Assembly (NCBI GenBank): GCA_038087875.1
Contig: CM075993.1
Location: 10,728,001 to 10,792,000 of the forward strand
Reading direction: 5' to 3'
DNA: 64,000 nucleotides
Source of the DNA: Malacoraja senta
Taxonomy: Eukaryota
The notes under the pieces are model-generated. The model searched no databases. It saw only the letters and a program-made list of their open reading frames with translations, and had not been told where the DNA came from. Positions 14,316 to 26,190 of this stretch are shown piece by piece. Numbering within the stretch: position 1 is the stretch's first letter; each line of letters opens with the position of its first letter. The position numbers and the translations under genes are program-made.

Positions 14316-14855
14316 TAACTCAGCGGGACAGGCAGTATCTCTGGTTGAAGGAATGGGTGAACTTGAGCCTAAGGACCCGAAACGTCACCCATCTCCAGAG
14401 ACGCTGCCTGTCCCGCTGAGTTACTCCAGCTTTTTGTTTCCATCTTCAGTTTAAACCAACATCTGCAGTTCCTTCCTACACAGCAGAGCGAGTGACTGAT
14501 GAGAAGGTGCTGGCAAAGTGCTTGATAGAGCACCAGAGCAGAAGCAGAATGGATTGCAGTTCAGAGCTGGGGACAATGTCCTTGGCAGCTTGACTCTGGT
14601 GGACATGTGGGTGACACAAATCTGCATGAAAAGCGAGATAAAAGTCTGGCGACGTGAATAGCAACAGAGGACAACATTATTTTTTTAACAGACCAGATGA
14701 AATGCCTCTCTCTGTATCTGCCTCAATCACCACTTCTGGCAGTGTGTCCCAGCCACTAATCACAGTGGAAACAATTTGCTCCACACATCTTTGAACAATG
14801 ATGATTCATAAGGTTATAACGATAGGAGCAGAATTAGGCCATTCGGCCCATCAAG

Positions 14856-15145
14856 GGCGGCATGGTGGCGTAGCGGTAGGGTTGCTGCCTTACATCGCCG
14901 GAGACCCGGGTTCCATCCTGACCAAACGGAGTTTGTACGTTCTCCCCGTGACTGCGTGGGTTTTCTCTGGGTGCTCTGGTTTCCTCCAACATTCCAAAGA
15001 CGTACAGGTTTGTAGGTTAATTGACTTGGTATCAATGTAAATTTTCCCTAGTGTGTGTAGGATAGTGTTAATGTGCGGGGATCGCTGGTCGGTGTGGACT
15101 CGGTGGGCTGAAGGGCCTGTTTCTGCGCTGTATCTTTAAACTAAA
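14856..15145 (+). mobile_element. HE1-type SINE
   Basis: Same family, with an (AAACT) tail. Confidence 0.85.
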
Positions 15146-15602
15146 CAAAAATGTAACAATTTCATTTTTCCATATCTGTACATACAAGAATTAAACACTC
15201 TTGATTTGACTCTTGAATATCAGCTTTTTCACCTGAGGTTTAAAATGATTAAAAGGATTTTAACAGCAAGGCTGAAGAGAATGGCGGCAAGATGGCGCAG
15301 CAGTAGAGTTGCTGCCTCACAGTGCCAGATGTTTCCTCCCAAACTCCAAAGACGTACAGGTTTGTAGGTTAATTGGTTTCAGTTAATATTGTAAATTGTC
15401 CCCAGTGTGTAGGATAGTGTGAGTGTACGGGCATCGCTGGGTGGTGCAGACTCGGTGGACCGAAGGGCCTGTTTCCGTGCTGTATCTCTAAATTAAACTA
15501 AGAAACCACGTTGCTTCTTTAATCAATTGAGATCTTGCAATACAGATATTGTCAGAGTTGTGGAGGCAAATACAGCTGGTTCTGTTGTGATGAATAAAGG
15601 TA

Positions 15603-15963
15603 TGCCCCTGTCCCACTTTGGTGGTTTTATTAGGCTACTAGGTTGTTGCCACATGGTCCCCGGGGTCTCGCCTGTATGGTCGTGTCGTCTCCTCAGTCAC
15701 CCAAAGAATCGTAGCGTTTTTCTGGTCGCTGCTGGATTTTGAAATGTTTAAAACTTTTCGGCGACAGTTGACTTGACGCCAATGAGCGTAGCTTGACTTC
15801 TCCTGACGTAGGTTGTCGCCAGGATGACGCGGGTGCTGACTTCAGTGAATTCCATTGGCGACTACCTACGTCAACCTGCTTGATTGTCCAGTCGCCAGTT
15901 TTTCGGCGACCTGCTACGACTATGACAGTCGCCGAAAAAAATCGCCTAAGTGGGACAGGCCCA
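15603..15963. mobile_element. Harbinger-type MITE, related family
   Basis: TIR (t)gcccctgtcccactt / aagtgggacaggccca. TAA on the right side only. Confidence 0.75.
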
Positions 15964-18289
15964 TAAGGCTGTATGGCCTGATTTTGGTAGTTAGGAAGTC
16001 ACCTTAAATTGGGATTAATGCCATTCAGATTGATGCCTGGAAGCTCTTCACTCAAGGGCAATGTAAACTGGAAATCCACTCTCCAAAAATATTAAATATT
16101 TCTTGATAGAAAACAGATAGACAACAGAAAATCTCAAAAATGAGGCATACATATTTTTGGACTCAGGATGGGTAAATGGTTAGGATCCATTCCATCCAAT
16201 ATTTCAAGAGTTAATTCTGTAGGAGTGCCTCGGGTTTATGATACGATAGAACTTTATTTATCCCAGGAGGGAAAATGACACATTGGTCTGGAAAAATCTA
16301 AGTCAAATTATTTTGATACAGGTTAGCAGAGCTCATTAATGTCACTCACCATGAGATATCAATTATTTGACATATTTTAAGAGCTTCAGCCCTGGATTGA
16401 AATCATCTGGCTTCAATTCTGCCATGGGAGAGCACCACAAGACAATTTTTTACCGAGTATCATCGAAATGCAAACACTACAGGCAGTTCTTTAGCTTCTA
16501 GTCTTGTGACTTGGATTCTAAGTCTGAATGCAACTACTGTAATTCCTAAGATTTACACATTCTTACTATAATACCATGGCTTGAGGTGTGACTAACTTAT
16601 GTAGGCAACTTTCATGAAAACGATTCATCACCTGTGCATGGAGTAACACAGCACGGAAACAGGCCCTTCCACCAAACTTGTCCACGCTAAACATTTAAGG
16701 TGAAGGGGAAATCATGAGAGGAATAGATCGGGTAGATGCACAGAGTCTCTGGCCCAGAGTAGATGAATCAAGGACCAGAGGACATAGGTTTAAGGTGAAG
16801 GGGGAATGAGTTAATAGGTATCTGAAGGGCAACTTTTTCACGCGGGTGTACGGAACGAGCTGCCAGAGGTGGTAGTTGAGGCTGGGACTATCCCAACGTT
16901 TAAGAAACAGTTAGACACATACATGGATAGGATAGGTTTGCAGGGATATGGACCAAATGCTGGCAGGTGGGACATGTGCAGCCAGGACATGTTGGCCAGT
17001 TGGGCCAAAGAGCCTGTTTCCACGCTGTAACACTCGATGACCAAGAAGCCCATCTACGTTAGTCCCATTTCCCCATGTTTGGCCCCTATCCAAATCTTTC
17101 CTACCTCTGAACCTGCCAAATTTATTTTTAATTTTACCATTGTACTATCACTTCCTCTGGCAGCTCGTTCCATATGCTCACCGTCCTCTGAAAGAATTTG
17201 ACGCTCTAATGTATTTTAAATCTTTCCCCTCTTACTTTAATCCTATGCTCTCTGGATTGAGACACTCCTATTGTGGGACAAAGATTGAGACTACTCTATT
17301 TATGCTCCTCATTATTCTATAACACTTTATAAGATGCACAATGCACTTTACAAAGCCTTTTATTTGCAAATTTTTGCTTAATGATAATTTTGGGTGGCAC
17401 AGCGGTAGAGTTGCTGCCTTATACCGCCAGAGACTCGTGTTCGATCCTGACTATAGGTGCTTGTCTGTACGGAGTTTGTACGTTCTCCCTGTGACCTGCG
17501 TAGGTTTTCTCCGGGATCTCTGGCTTCCTCCCACACCTCAAAGAAGTACAGGATTGTAGGTTAATTGGCTTCAGTAAAATTGTGAATAGTTCCTAGTGTG
17601 TGTAGGATAATGTAAGTGTGCAGGGATCGCTGGTCGGCGCGGACTCGGTGGGCCGAAGGGGCTGTTTCCGCGCTGTATCTCTAAACTATAGCTATTAAAA
17701 AGCTATATTTTCCTGGAACTAATACCACACGCAGATCAAGGAATGCTGCAGGTTAAATTGGGGAACTCTACCTAATACCACCCCGGTGGAACTACAGACA
17801 AGCAAAGACCACTTCTCGTTCTGGCATTTAATTTTTATTTGAGACTCATTATAAAAAAGTCCACACTGAATAATAAAACCCACCAAGTTTACTTTACAGA
17901 ACATCAGTACACAATCGCATTCAAATGTTAAAACACTTATCATAGGAACCCATCCTATTCATTTAGCTGCAGGTACATACAATATTGTCAGGGTCTTTCA
18001 AATATTCTCTCAAATGTTTAGAGTTAATTAAAAAAAAACATTAAAAAATTTCCAAAGCCTTTGTGGAAAAGGCTAGAGAGGAGGGGAGTGTGATTACGTA
18101 TTTTAATTTACATTGCAATAAAATTATTGATGGACACTGGTAGGTGTTATTGACAAACTAAGGTAATAAAAAAATTGTCTTCCTAGAAGGATTGAAGAGT
18201 TTTGATGCAACATGATATACAGTGTTGGGCACAAATTAACGTGTGCTCACAGTTACTGCAAACTCTGCATTCCACAGGACCCAGATTAA

Positions 18290-20989
18290 AAAGAAACACT
18301 GAAGTAGTTTATTAACAATGAACAATAAAGTGCAGCTCTGGAGACAGTAATACTGCTGCAAATATGCTTTCTCTTCCACAGTAACATTTTGTTTTTTGTA
18401 AACCGTACACATTGATCATTTTATGAAATAAAATTCATTCAAAATCCACAGGGAATACGTTTTTTTTTGTGATCATTCGTATCTGTACTGCAAGCTAAAG
18501 CCCAGTTTTGCCAACTTTACTGTTGCAGTTGTGAACAAGTTCACAATAAGAAAGCATTTAATACCAATGCAAATTGTTTCTTTTAGAAACCTCACTCTTG
18601 CCATGCGGAAAGTGAACTTCCTACGGGCTTCCGCGATGTACTTATAATTTAGCATAGCTACAGTTAAGAAAATAGCAAAAAACATTTTTTGAATACATCA
18701 GAGCATATACTCCACTGTAGGGCTGCGTCAAGAAGCATTATTTGATAATAGTCATTACAGGCTGAAGATTGTTGTTCATGAAGACAGGCATGTGTGTACA
18801 CATTCTTACAGCAATTGCCAATAAAATGTCACAAGTCAAGACTCTGGAGAGTTTGATGCATCTCTGATCATATCCAGTGGTTTTCCTTTCAATAAAACTT
18901 TCGTTAAAATCAAAGACATTAGTTGGATGTCTTTAGACAATGAAATAGTAGGCAGCTTGTCAACAGTATGCTAATGGAGGTTTGCGTGTTAAAGAGCAGC
19001 AGATAGATTCTCTGCCATTACCACGCAATGGCTATAGCTATGGTATGTAAGAAACATTCATCTGTCCAGTGCTCTGGCACCCCGTGTATATCGACCTCTG
19101 TACGAGAAGCTTTGAAGAGGATGGTGGAGAGGAGGGTTAATAGCGCTGTATAGGAAATCTGATTACGTTTCTTACACTGTCCACAACAGACACAGAGGCA
19201 AAGGTTTGTATCGGGAATCAAGTGACAAGGGCAGTACAAAGTCCAGAGGGGTTGTCAATATAGAACATACATTGGGACCGAAGATAGACACAAAGGTGCT
19301 GGAGTGACTCAGCGGGTCAGACAGCATCTCTGGAGAAAAAGGATGGGTGATGACCCTTCTTCAGACTAAAAGGAGAGAGGAGGGGAGCTGGAACATATGC
19401 AATAGAACATACATCATGACCTACATCAGTGAGAGGGTGGGGGCTCAACAGTACGCAGGGGAAAGGTGTCCGTGGTTAGTTGGTGTCACCTGGGAAGATA
19501 CTGGCGCTCAAGTGGGGCTTCAATTAGGAGCAGGACAGAGTCGGGCAATACCAGAGACCGCATCCAATCAGTCAACACCCAGACCTGGCCACTCATCCCT
19601 TGCACTTATCTTGCCGGCTTCCAAATAATGGGCATCCTTTAGTTTAGTTGAGAGATACAGCACGGAAACAGGCCATTCGGCCCACCAAGACCGCGCCAAC
19701 CAACGATCGCCGCACACTTACACTATCCTACACTCACTAGGAACAATTTACAATTATACCAAGCCAATCAACCTACATGCCTTTGGAGTGTGGGAAGAAA
19801 CCGGAGATCCCGGAGAAAACCCACGCGGGTCATGGGGAGAACGTACAAACTCTGTACAGACAGCACCCGTAGTCAGGATGAAACCCGGGTCTCTGGCGCT
19901 GTGAGGCAGCAACTCTACCGCTGTGCCACCCATCCTCCTCCGCTTACCCGCACCCTTTACAATCCAGTCGCCTATTCTGAGCGCTTTGACCCCGTTCTCT
20001 ATCACCAGCTCTTTCATCACTCTGCCTCTCAAGGAGCTAATTCCTTGCTGGCACATGGCCCGTGGGTATTGAGTGGCCCTTGATCCATCACAGCTAAGCA
20101 TATAGTGCCTCAGCTCCACATTCTCTCACAGAGGCTTTCAGTTAAAGGGAGAGGCAAGTGTCACAGGCAAACAGCAGGGTCCACATCAGATTTTTCCATC
20201 TTGACACAACATCAATAAGTCCCAGTGCTACAAACAATCCGCATCTAACTCACGCCCCAAGTCTAGGCTGGCCGATGCAATCCATCGCAAGAAAGGTTCA
20301 CTGGACAAACATCGAGATACAAGTCATCTTCGTAGCTTTTAGTTCAGGGCAAGCGGCCAAACAAAACAGCATTCGGAGAAGTTCAACCTGTCCAGGGCCA
20401 CTGCTTTCAACATTCACGTTAACCTGGCTAGGCCAATCTGCATAGCCAAATTGAAATAGGAAAAAATGAGATCCAGATGTAGTTGCTTTAAAGAGGAGAG
20501 CGGAGAGAAGGACAAGAGGACAGAAGGCTAAAGCATTTGGAAATGGGAACACAAACACAACTTGCAAGGAGTTTGCTGGCATCAAAGGTGATTTTGGCTG
20601 TATTTATACTGTATGGATGGTTCCCAACACTGACAATGGTTCTACAGTAGGCAGTCCAGATTCAACAAGTCCACACCGCATAGTCCTGCATCTCCAATTC
20701 CTCCATTTTCTGTCACAATGGTCAACATGAGCCAACTGGGCTTGGGCGGGTTTTGGGGGGGGGTGGGGGGGAGGGGGGAGATGGGAAGAGCGAAGTGAGG
20801 GGGTGGGCTAGGGATGGCACTTGTGTATCTGCCCACCTCACTCGGGGAAGACCAACAGGCTATCTGCAAACAGCGAGCTCTCGGCAGCAGCAGCAGGTGG
20901 AATTATTTTCAGAGGCTGATCAACAATGTGCTTTCGGGAAAGCAAAGAAGGTTGCCCTAAGGATGCTGCAGTCTGTCATTTTAAGTCCA
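18290..20989 (-). other. Probable RAB8B 3'UTR ending near an AATAAA signal (18313-18308)
   Basis: Mostly repeat-poor AT-rich sequence downstream of the stop. Minus-strand AATAAA is followed by a GT/T-rich tract. The end point is inferred. Confidence 0.5.
19640..19930 (-). mobile_element. HE1-type SINE within the probable RAB8B 3'UTR, sense to the gene
   Basis: Same family. Confidence 0.85.
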
Positions 20990-21085
20990 TCAAAGCAGCG
21001 CACAGCGGAAGAAGCTGCTTTTCTTTGACTGGTTCTTGGCGGTGATTTTAACTTGACCACCTCCTCCTGGAGGGCTGTTTTCATT
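20990..21085 (-). CDS. RAB8B: RAB8B-type last coding exon, NENSPPGGGGQVKITAKNQSKKSSFFRCALL*
   Basis: AG acceptor at 21087-21086 and TGA at 20992-20990. The SFFRCxLL CAAX prenylation tail is typical of Rab8. Confidence 0.93.
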   Translation of the reverse strand, partial: NENSPPGGGGQVKITAKNQSKKSSFFRCALL

Positions 21086-24000
21086 CTAGAAACAGAAATA
21101 TATTGTTACAAATGTCTAAAGACAGACTGGTAAACAGCATTCATAAGATTTTAAGACTTTAAAGATACAGCGCGGAAACATGCCCTTCTGCCCACCAAGT
21201 CCGCGCCAACCAGCGATCACCCCGTACACCAACACTACCCCACACACCAGCGACTATTTTATAACTTACCAAAGCCAACTGACCAACAAACCTGCACGTT
21301 TTTGGAGGGTGGGAAGAAACTTGAGCGCCCGGAGAAAACCCATGCGGTCACAGGGAGAATGAACAAACTCCATACAGACAGCACCTGTAGTCAGGATTGA
21401 ACCCTGTCTCTGGCGCTGTAAAGCAGCAACTCCACCGTTGCGCCACCGTGCCGCCCTTAATGTATCTTATCACACTGCTGTTGTATAACAAAAAATCCTG
21501 AACCTTCTCGAAACCATCCCCGTGACGTCTGATAACATTTCAGTCACTTAGATTAAGAAATGATTTCCAACCAGGTTTACTCTCTTGCCTATTCTTCTAT
21601 TGGTGCAGGGTGGAAGGAACAGGCAATTGAAGAAAATGAAACAAGGATGTTGCCAGGACTAGAGGTTTACGAGGATGTTGCCAGGACTAGAGGGTCTGAG
21701 CTCCACGCTGGGTCTCTATTCCTTGGAGTGCAGGATGATGAGGGGTTTTCTTATAGAGTTGTATAAAATCACTAAAGGAATAGATCGGGTAGATGCACAG
21801 AGTCTCTTGCCCAGAGTAGGGGAATCAAGGACCAGAGGACGTAGGTTTAAAGTGAAGGGGACAAGATTTAATAGGAATCTGAGGGTGGTGGGTGTATGGA
21901 ACAAGCTGCCAGAGAAGGTAGTTGAGGCAGGGACCACCCCAACTTGTAAGAAACACCTACAGATACAAGGATAGGACAGGTTTGGAGGGATATGGGCCAA
22001 ATGCAGGCAGATAGGACTAGTGTAGCTGGGACATGTTGGCAAGTTGGGCCGAAGGGCCTGTTTCCACGCTGTATCACTCTATGACTCTAAACAAATGATT
22101 TTGGGAATCACTAGTCCATTACAGAGATTTTCCTGAAAAGTTCTCAAATGGTTTACAAAGCTTCAGGATGAGGGAGCAGTGGCCTTTCCCCCCTCTTAGC
22201 AAATCCACAGGCAACCATTTAAACATCAGACAATCCTTTGGTCTGGAAAGACTGGGGACCCAGGAAGCATAACATCTACTTAGTACAAGCTGGATTACTG
22301 CAGCGTTTAAGTTTAATTAAAGGATTTCTGATGAAGCACAATTCCAACAAAGCTTTGCCCAGGGTACACAAAAATGCTGGAGAAACTCAGCGGGTGCAGC
22401 AGCATCTATGGAGCGAAGGAAATAGGTAACGTTTCGGGCCGAAACCCTTCTTCAGACTCTTCAGCTTTGCCCACATTGTTTTCTCTAGCATGCACAGGAT
22501 ATTTGTAAATGGCAGTCTTTAGCATTGCCAGCCTAATTTAAACCAGAGTTGAATAACTTTGAAGGGCAGCATGGTGGTGCAGCGGTAGAGTTGCTGCCTT
22601 ACAGCGCCAGAGACCCGGGTTAGATCCTGACTACAGGTGCTGTTTGCACAGAGTTTGTATGTTCTCCCTGTGAGTTTTCCCTGGGTGCTCCGGTTTCCTC
22701 CCACACTCCAAAGACGTACATGGTTGCAGGTGAATTGGCTTCGGTCAAAATTGTAAATTGTCCCTAGTGTGTGGGATAGTGTTAGTGTATGGGGTGCTCG
22801 CTGGACGACGCGGACTCAGTGGGCCGATGGGCCTATTTCCGCACTGCATCTGTATCTCCAAAGTCTAAGCTAGCAAACAGAAACAGAAACTGATCTTTCA
22901 AAACAGAACAGAACAGACCAGTGAGCCGAGTCACCATCCACTTGCCAGCTCTGTCACAGGCAGTCACTGTGTAGTGTTTGCAATTTGATGGAATGGGATA
23001 GCAACATATAGAGCAGGTCGAAGCGTCAGGTTTAACACATGGTTCCCACTTCCTACACTGGCTTGACCTTCATGGTATGAAGGAATTTTAAGTGGTAGAT
23101 GGAAGATTTACAAGGATGTTGCCAGGACTTGATGCCCTGAGCTATGGAGATAGGATGGGCAGGCTGGAGTACCAATGGATCAAGGGTGATCTTACAGAGG
23201 TGTATAAGATCATGAGAGGTATGGATAGGGTGGATGAACAATCTTGTACCCAGTCGAGAATCAGAGAGGGAAAACATTTCAAGCAGAGGTTAAAAATTTA
23301 ATAAGAACCCGAGGGGCAACGTTTTCCACACAGAGGGTGGTGGCTTTTGGAATGAGCAGCCAGAGGAGGTTGTTGAGGCAGGTACTACAACAACATTTAA
23401 AAGACATTAGGATACGAACAGGGACGGGAAAGATTTAGAGGGACGTGGACCAAATGCGGACAAGTAAGACTATTGCAGATGGGGCTTCTTGGTCGGCACC
23501 GGCAAGTTGGGCCGAAGAGCCTATTTCCATAAAGAGTCATAGTAATTCAGTGTGGAAACAGGCCCTTTGACCCAACTTGCCCACACCGGCCAACATGTCT
23601 CGGCTACACTAGTCCCACCTGCCCGCATTTGGTTCATATCCCTCCAAACCTGTCCTATCCATGTGCCTGTCTAACTGTTTCTTAAATGCTGGGATAGTAT
23701 GACTGTATGACTCGGACTCTTAAAGATATCAACATTGAGAACACTTCTCTATTAAGAGCTTGGCATGATACCAACTCATGAGTAAGATTTACCAGCCTGA
23801 CACCCTGCTGTGCTGGATCACTGATTAGTACGAAGGCACATTCCTCGCAGCACACTACATGCGAGTGAGACTATTGAAGATGGCTACATGGCATTAGCTG
23901 TGCGTGGCTATCCTGCCCATTGCACACAAAAAATAATGCAAGGGTTCATTCAAGCTTCACCCATACTAGACCTGAGCTTTTACAGTTTGTGACTTGCTTC

Positions 24001-24398
24001 TCTGGTAAAGACACAATAACAGTAAAAAGGTAGAAGCCTGTTCTATACAATGCAAAATGCCACGACTGTTTGCTTTGGTGCCACACAGCACTGGAGAGAC
24101 TCATGCCGCAGTGTTACACCAGAGAAAGATCCCAGGCATGAGTGGGTTAACGTACAATAAGCATTTGACGGCACCAGGCCTGTTTTCGCTGAGTTTGGAA
24201 GAATGAGGGGGGGTGGGACCTCATTGAAGCGTACAGAATGGTGAAAGGCTTGGAGAGAGTGGATGTGGAGAGGATGTTTCCACTAGTGGGGGAGTCCAGA
24301 ACTAGAGGTCATAGCCTCAGAATTAAAGGGCGTTCCTTTAGGAAGGAGAGGAGGAGGAATTATTTAGTCAGAGGACGGTGAATCTATGGAATTCATTG

Positions 24399-25762
24399 TA
24401 GACTGTGGGCCGAGGTGCTTTCTCATTTCATTTTCTGATCCAAATCACGTGTCTACCTATATTTATAACATATTGTGTAAAAATATTATAGAAATCAGAC
24501 CTGAAACTCGTCAAGAACAAAACCTGAACATATTTTTAAAAGATGAGAAAAACCTCAAATTTTCTGAGTAGTAATTGTCCAATCAAAGCACGTTTGACAT
24601 TGAGTCGGACGGCAATTGACCAATCACGCACTTTGTTTCATGCTAGCTAGGCAGCGAGCACACTGGGATCATGGCTGCCTCCTAATTACATCACAACAAT
24701 AGCAAGGTTTCGAAGGAAGAAAGGTAATGCAACCACTTGCTGATTATTTTGTTTTACAACTGATTTATCTTTGTAAAGTTATGATGTTGCGAACTGTGAA
24801 ATAAAAATGCAATATAAAAATGTAGAGCTAGGGTTAGGGTCAGGGTTAGGATTAGGCATTTTCCTCTCAGTGGAAGAGGGTTAGGGTTAGGGCAGGGGAC
24901 GGCAACCTACAGCCCAAGGGCCAGATCCTGCCCGTAACCCAAAAACATCCAGCCCGCAGGCGTATTTTTTTTTCTGAGGACTTCCGTGACGGAGCTGGCA
25001 CTATGGGGGTGCTGAAGGCGACCTGAGCAGCAGGGGTGGAAGAGAGGATTTCAGTCAGTCGGCCGGGCTGTCGGCCGGCCGGTGTTGCATCAGGCGGGCG
25101 GGCGTTCTGATGGAGCTGGCACTATTGGGGTGCTGAAGGCGGCCCGGGCAGCATGCAGGGCAGTGCTACTCCCCACCATGTTGACACTCGGTCTAATCGT
25201 GGCGTCGGGTGGACTGCTGCTGATGATCCAGAAGGGCATGCTGGCCGAGGTGGACGCGCTGAGCGGCCACATATACGGAGCGGTCCCAAAGTGGTTCCAG
25301 CTCCAGCCGTGGGCAGCTCTGGAAGGGGGCGGGTTAGGGTTAGGGGTAGGCATTTTCCTCTCAGTGGAAGATGCCTTAACCTTCCCCCAGCCTGGCACTG
25401 CCCCAGTCCCACTATGGCCATGACCCCCACTCTGCACACTGGCAGTCAGTGGGGTTCCGTAAACGGGGAACTGCCCTCACCCATTAATTAGGCGGGTTCA
25501 GGAGCCGGTGAAACCCGGGACCTCTGCAGCAATCCCGTATTCAATGTTCCCATACACAGCTATATATTATTGAGCACAAGAGGGCACTGTTACTTTTTCT
25601 AATTAGCTTCATTAATTAGTGTGCAACTTTTTGCACTGTTGAGTTATGAATTCCTTATCAGTGATGTTTTATCTAATTCTGTGCCAAATTTTAAGTCGAT
25701 ACCGGACATGGGTCATGAAAGTTAAAATCTAGAGCCCTTTTGGCACCTCGGCCCACGGCCTA
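24399..25762. mobile_element. Non-autonomous TIR DNA transposon (TAG termini, hAT-like, 1364 bp) carrying a gene fragment
   Basis: 20-bp TIRs tagactgtgggccgaggtgc / gcacctcggcccacggccta (2 mismatches). It interrupts a HER1 LINE fragment. No clean TSD. Confidence 0.75.
25124..25260 (+). pseudogene. CHST14: Captured CHST14 (D4ST1) N-terminal transmembrane fragment, VLLPTMLTLGLIVASGGLLLMIQKGMLAEV
   Basis: Close to human CHST14 as recalled ([30 protein letters not shown]). No sulfotransferase domain follows. Confidence 0.75.
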
Positions 25763-26139
25763 TCGTCACTGTGGAGGCCGTGAATGGATATTTTTACAGC
25801 AGAGATAGATAGATCCTTGATTAGTATGGCTGTCAGGGTTATGGGGCGAAGGCAGGAGAATGGGGTTAGGACGGAGAGTTAGATCAGCCTTGATTGGATA
25901 GTGGTGTAGACTTGATGGGCCGAATGGCCTTATTCTGCTCCTATCACTTATGACCTTGTGAGCAGAGTCAGGAAGAGTGGGTGAAGCACACAAGGAGGGT
26001 GCCGTTAAGCAGCAGTGAAATCGCAGCTTCTCCCAGTCCAGCACTCCCAGTGGGAAGAAACACCTCTCAGCATTTGTAAACAGGCCTGGGCACCACATTT
26101 CTACAAGAGCATCTTCCAGCCCCAGAAACATTTACGTAC

Positions 26140-26190
26140 CATTTTCCTGTTGAGCTTTGTCATGATGTCTCGTGCAAGTGTGATAAATGC
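26140..26190 (-). CDS. RAB8B: RAB8B-type coding exon (51 nt), AFITLARDIMTKLNRKM
   Basis: ttttgttgcAG acceptor and GTACGT donor. In frame with the flanking exons. KLNRKM is RAB8B-like rather than RAB8A-like (KMDKKL). Confidence 0.95.

Noticed and set aside
24828..24895. Interstitial telomere or fusion site
   Set aside because: Only a few degenerate TTAGGG units, internal to a TIR element.
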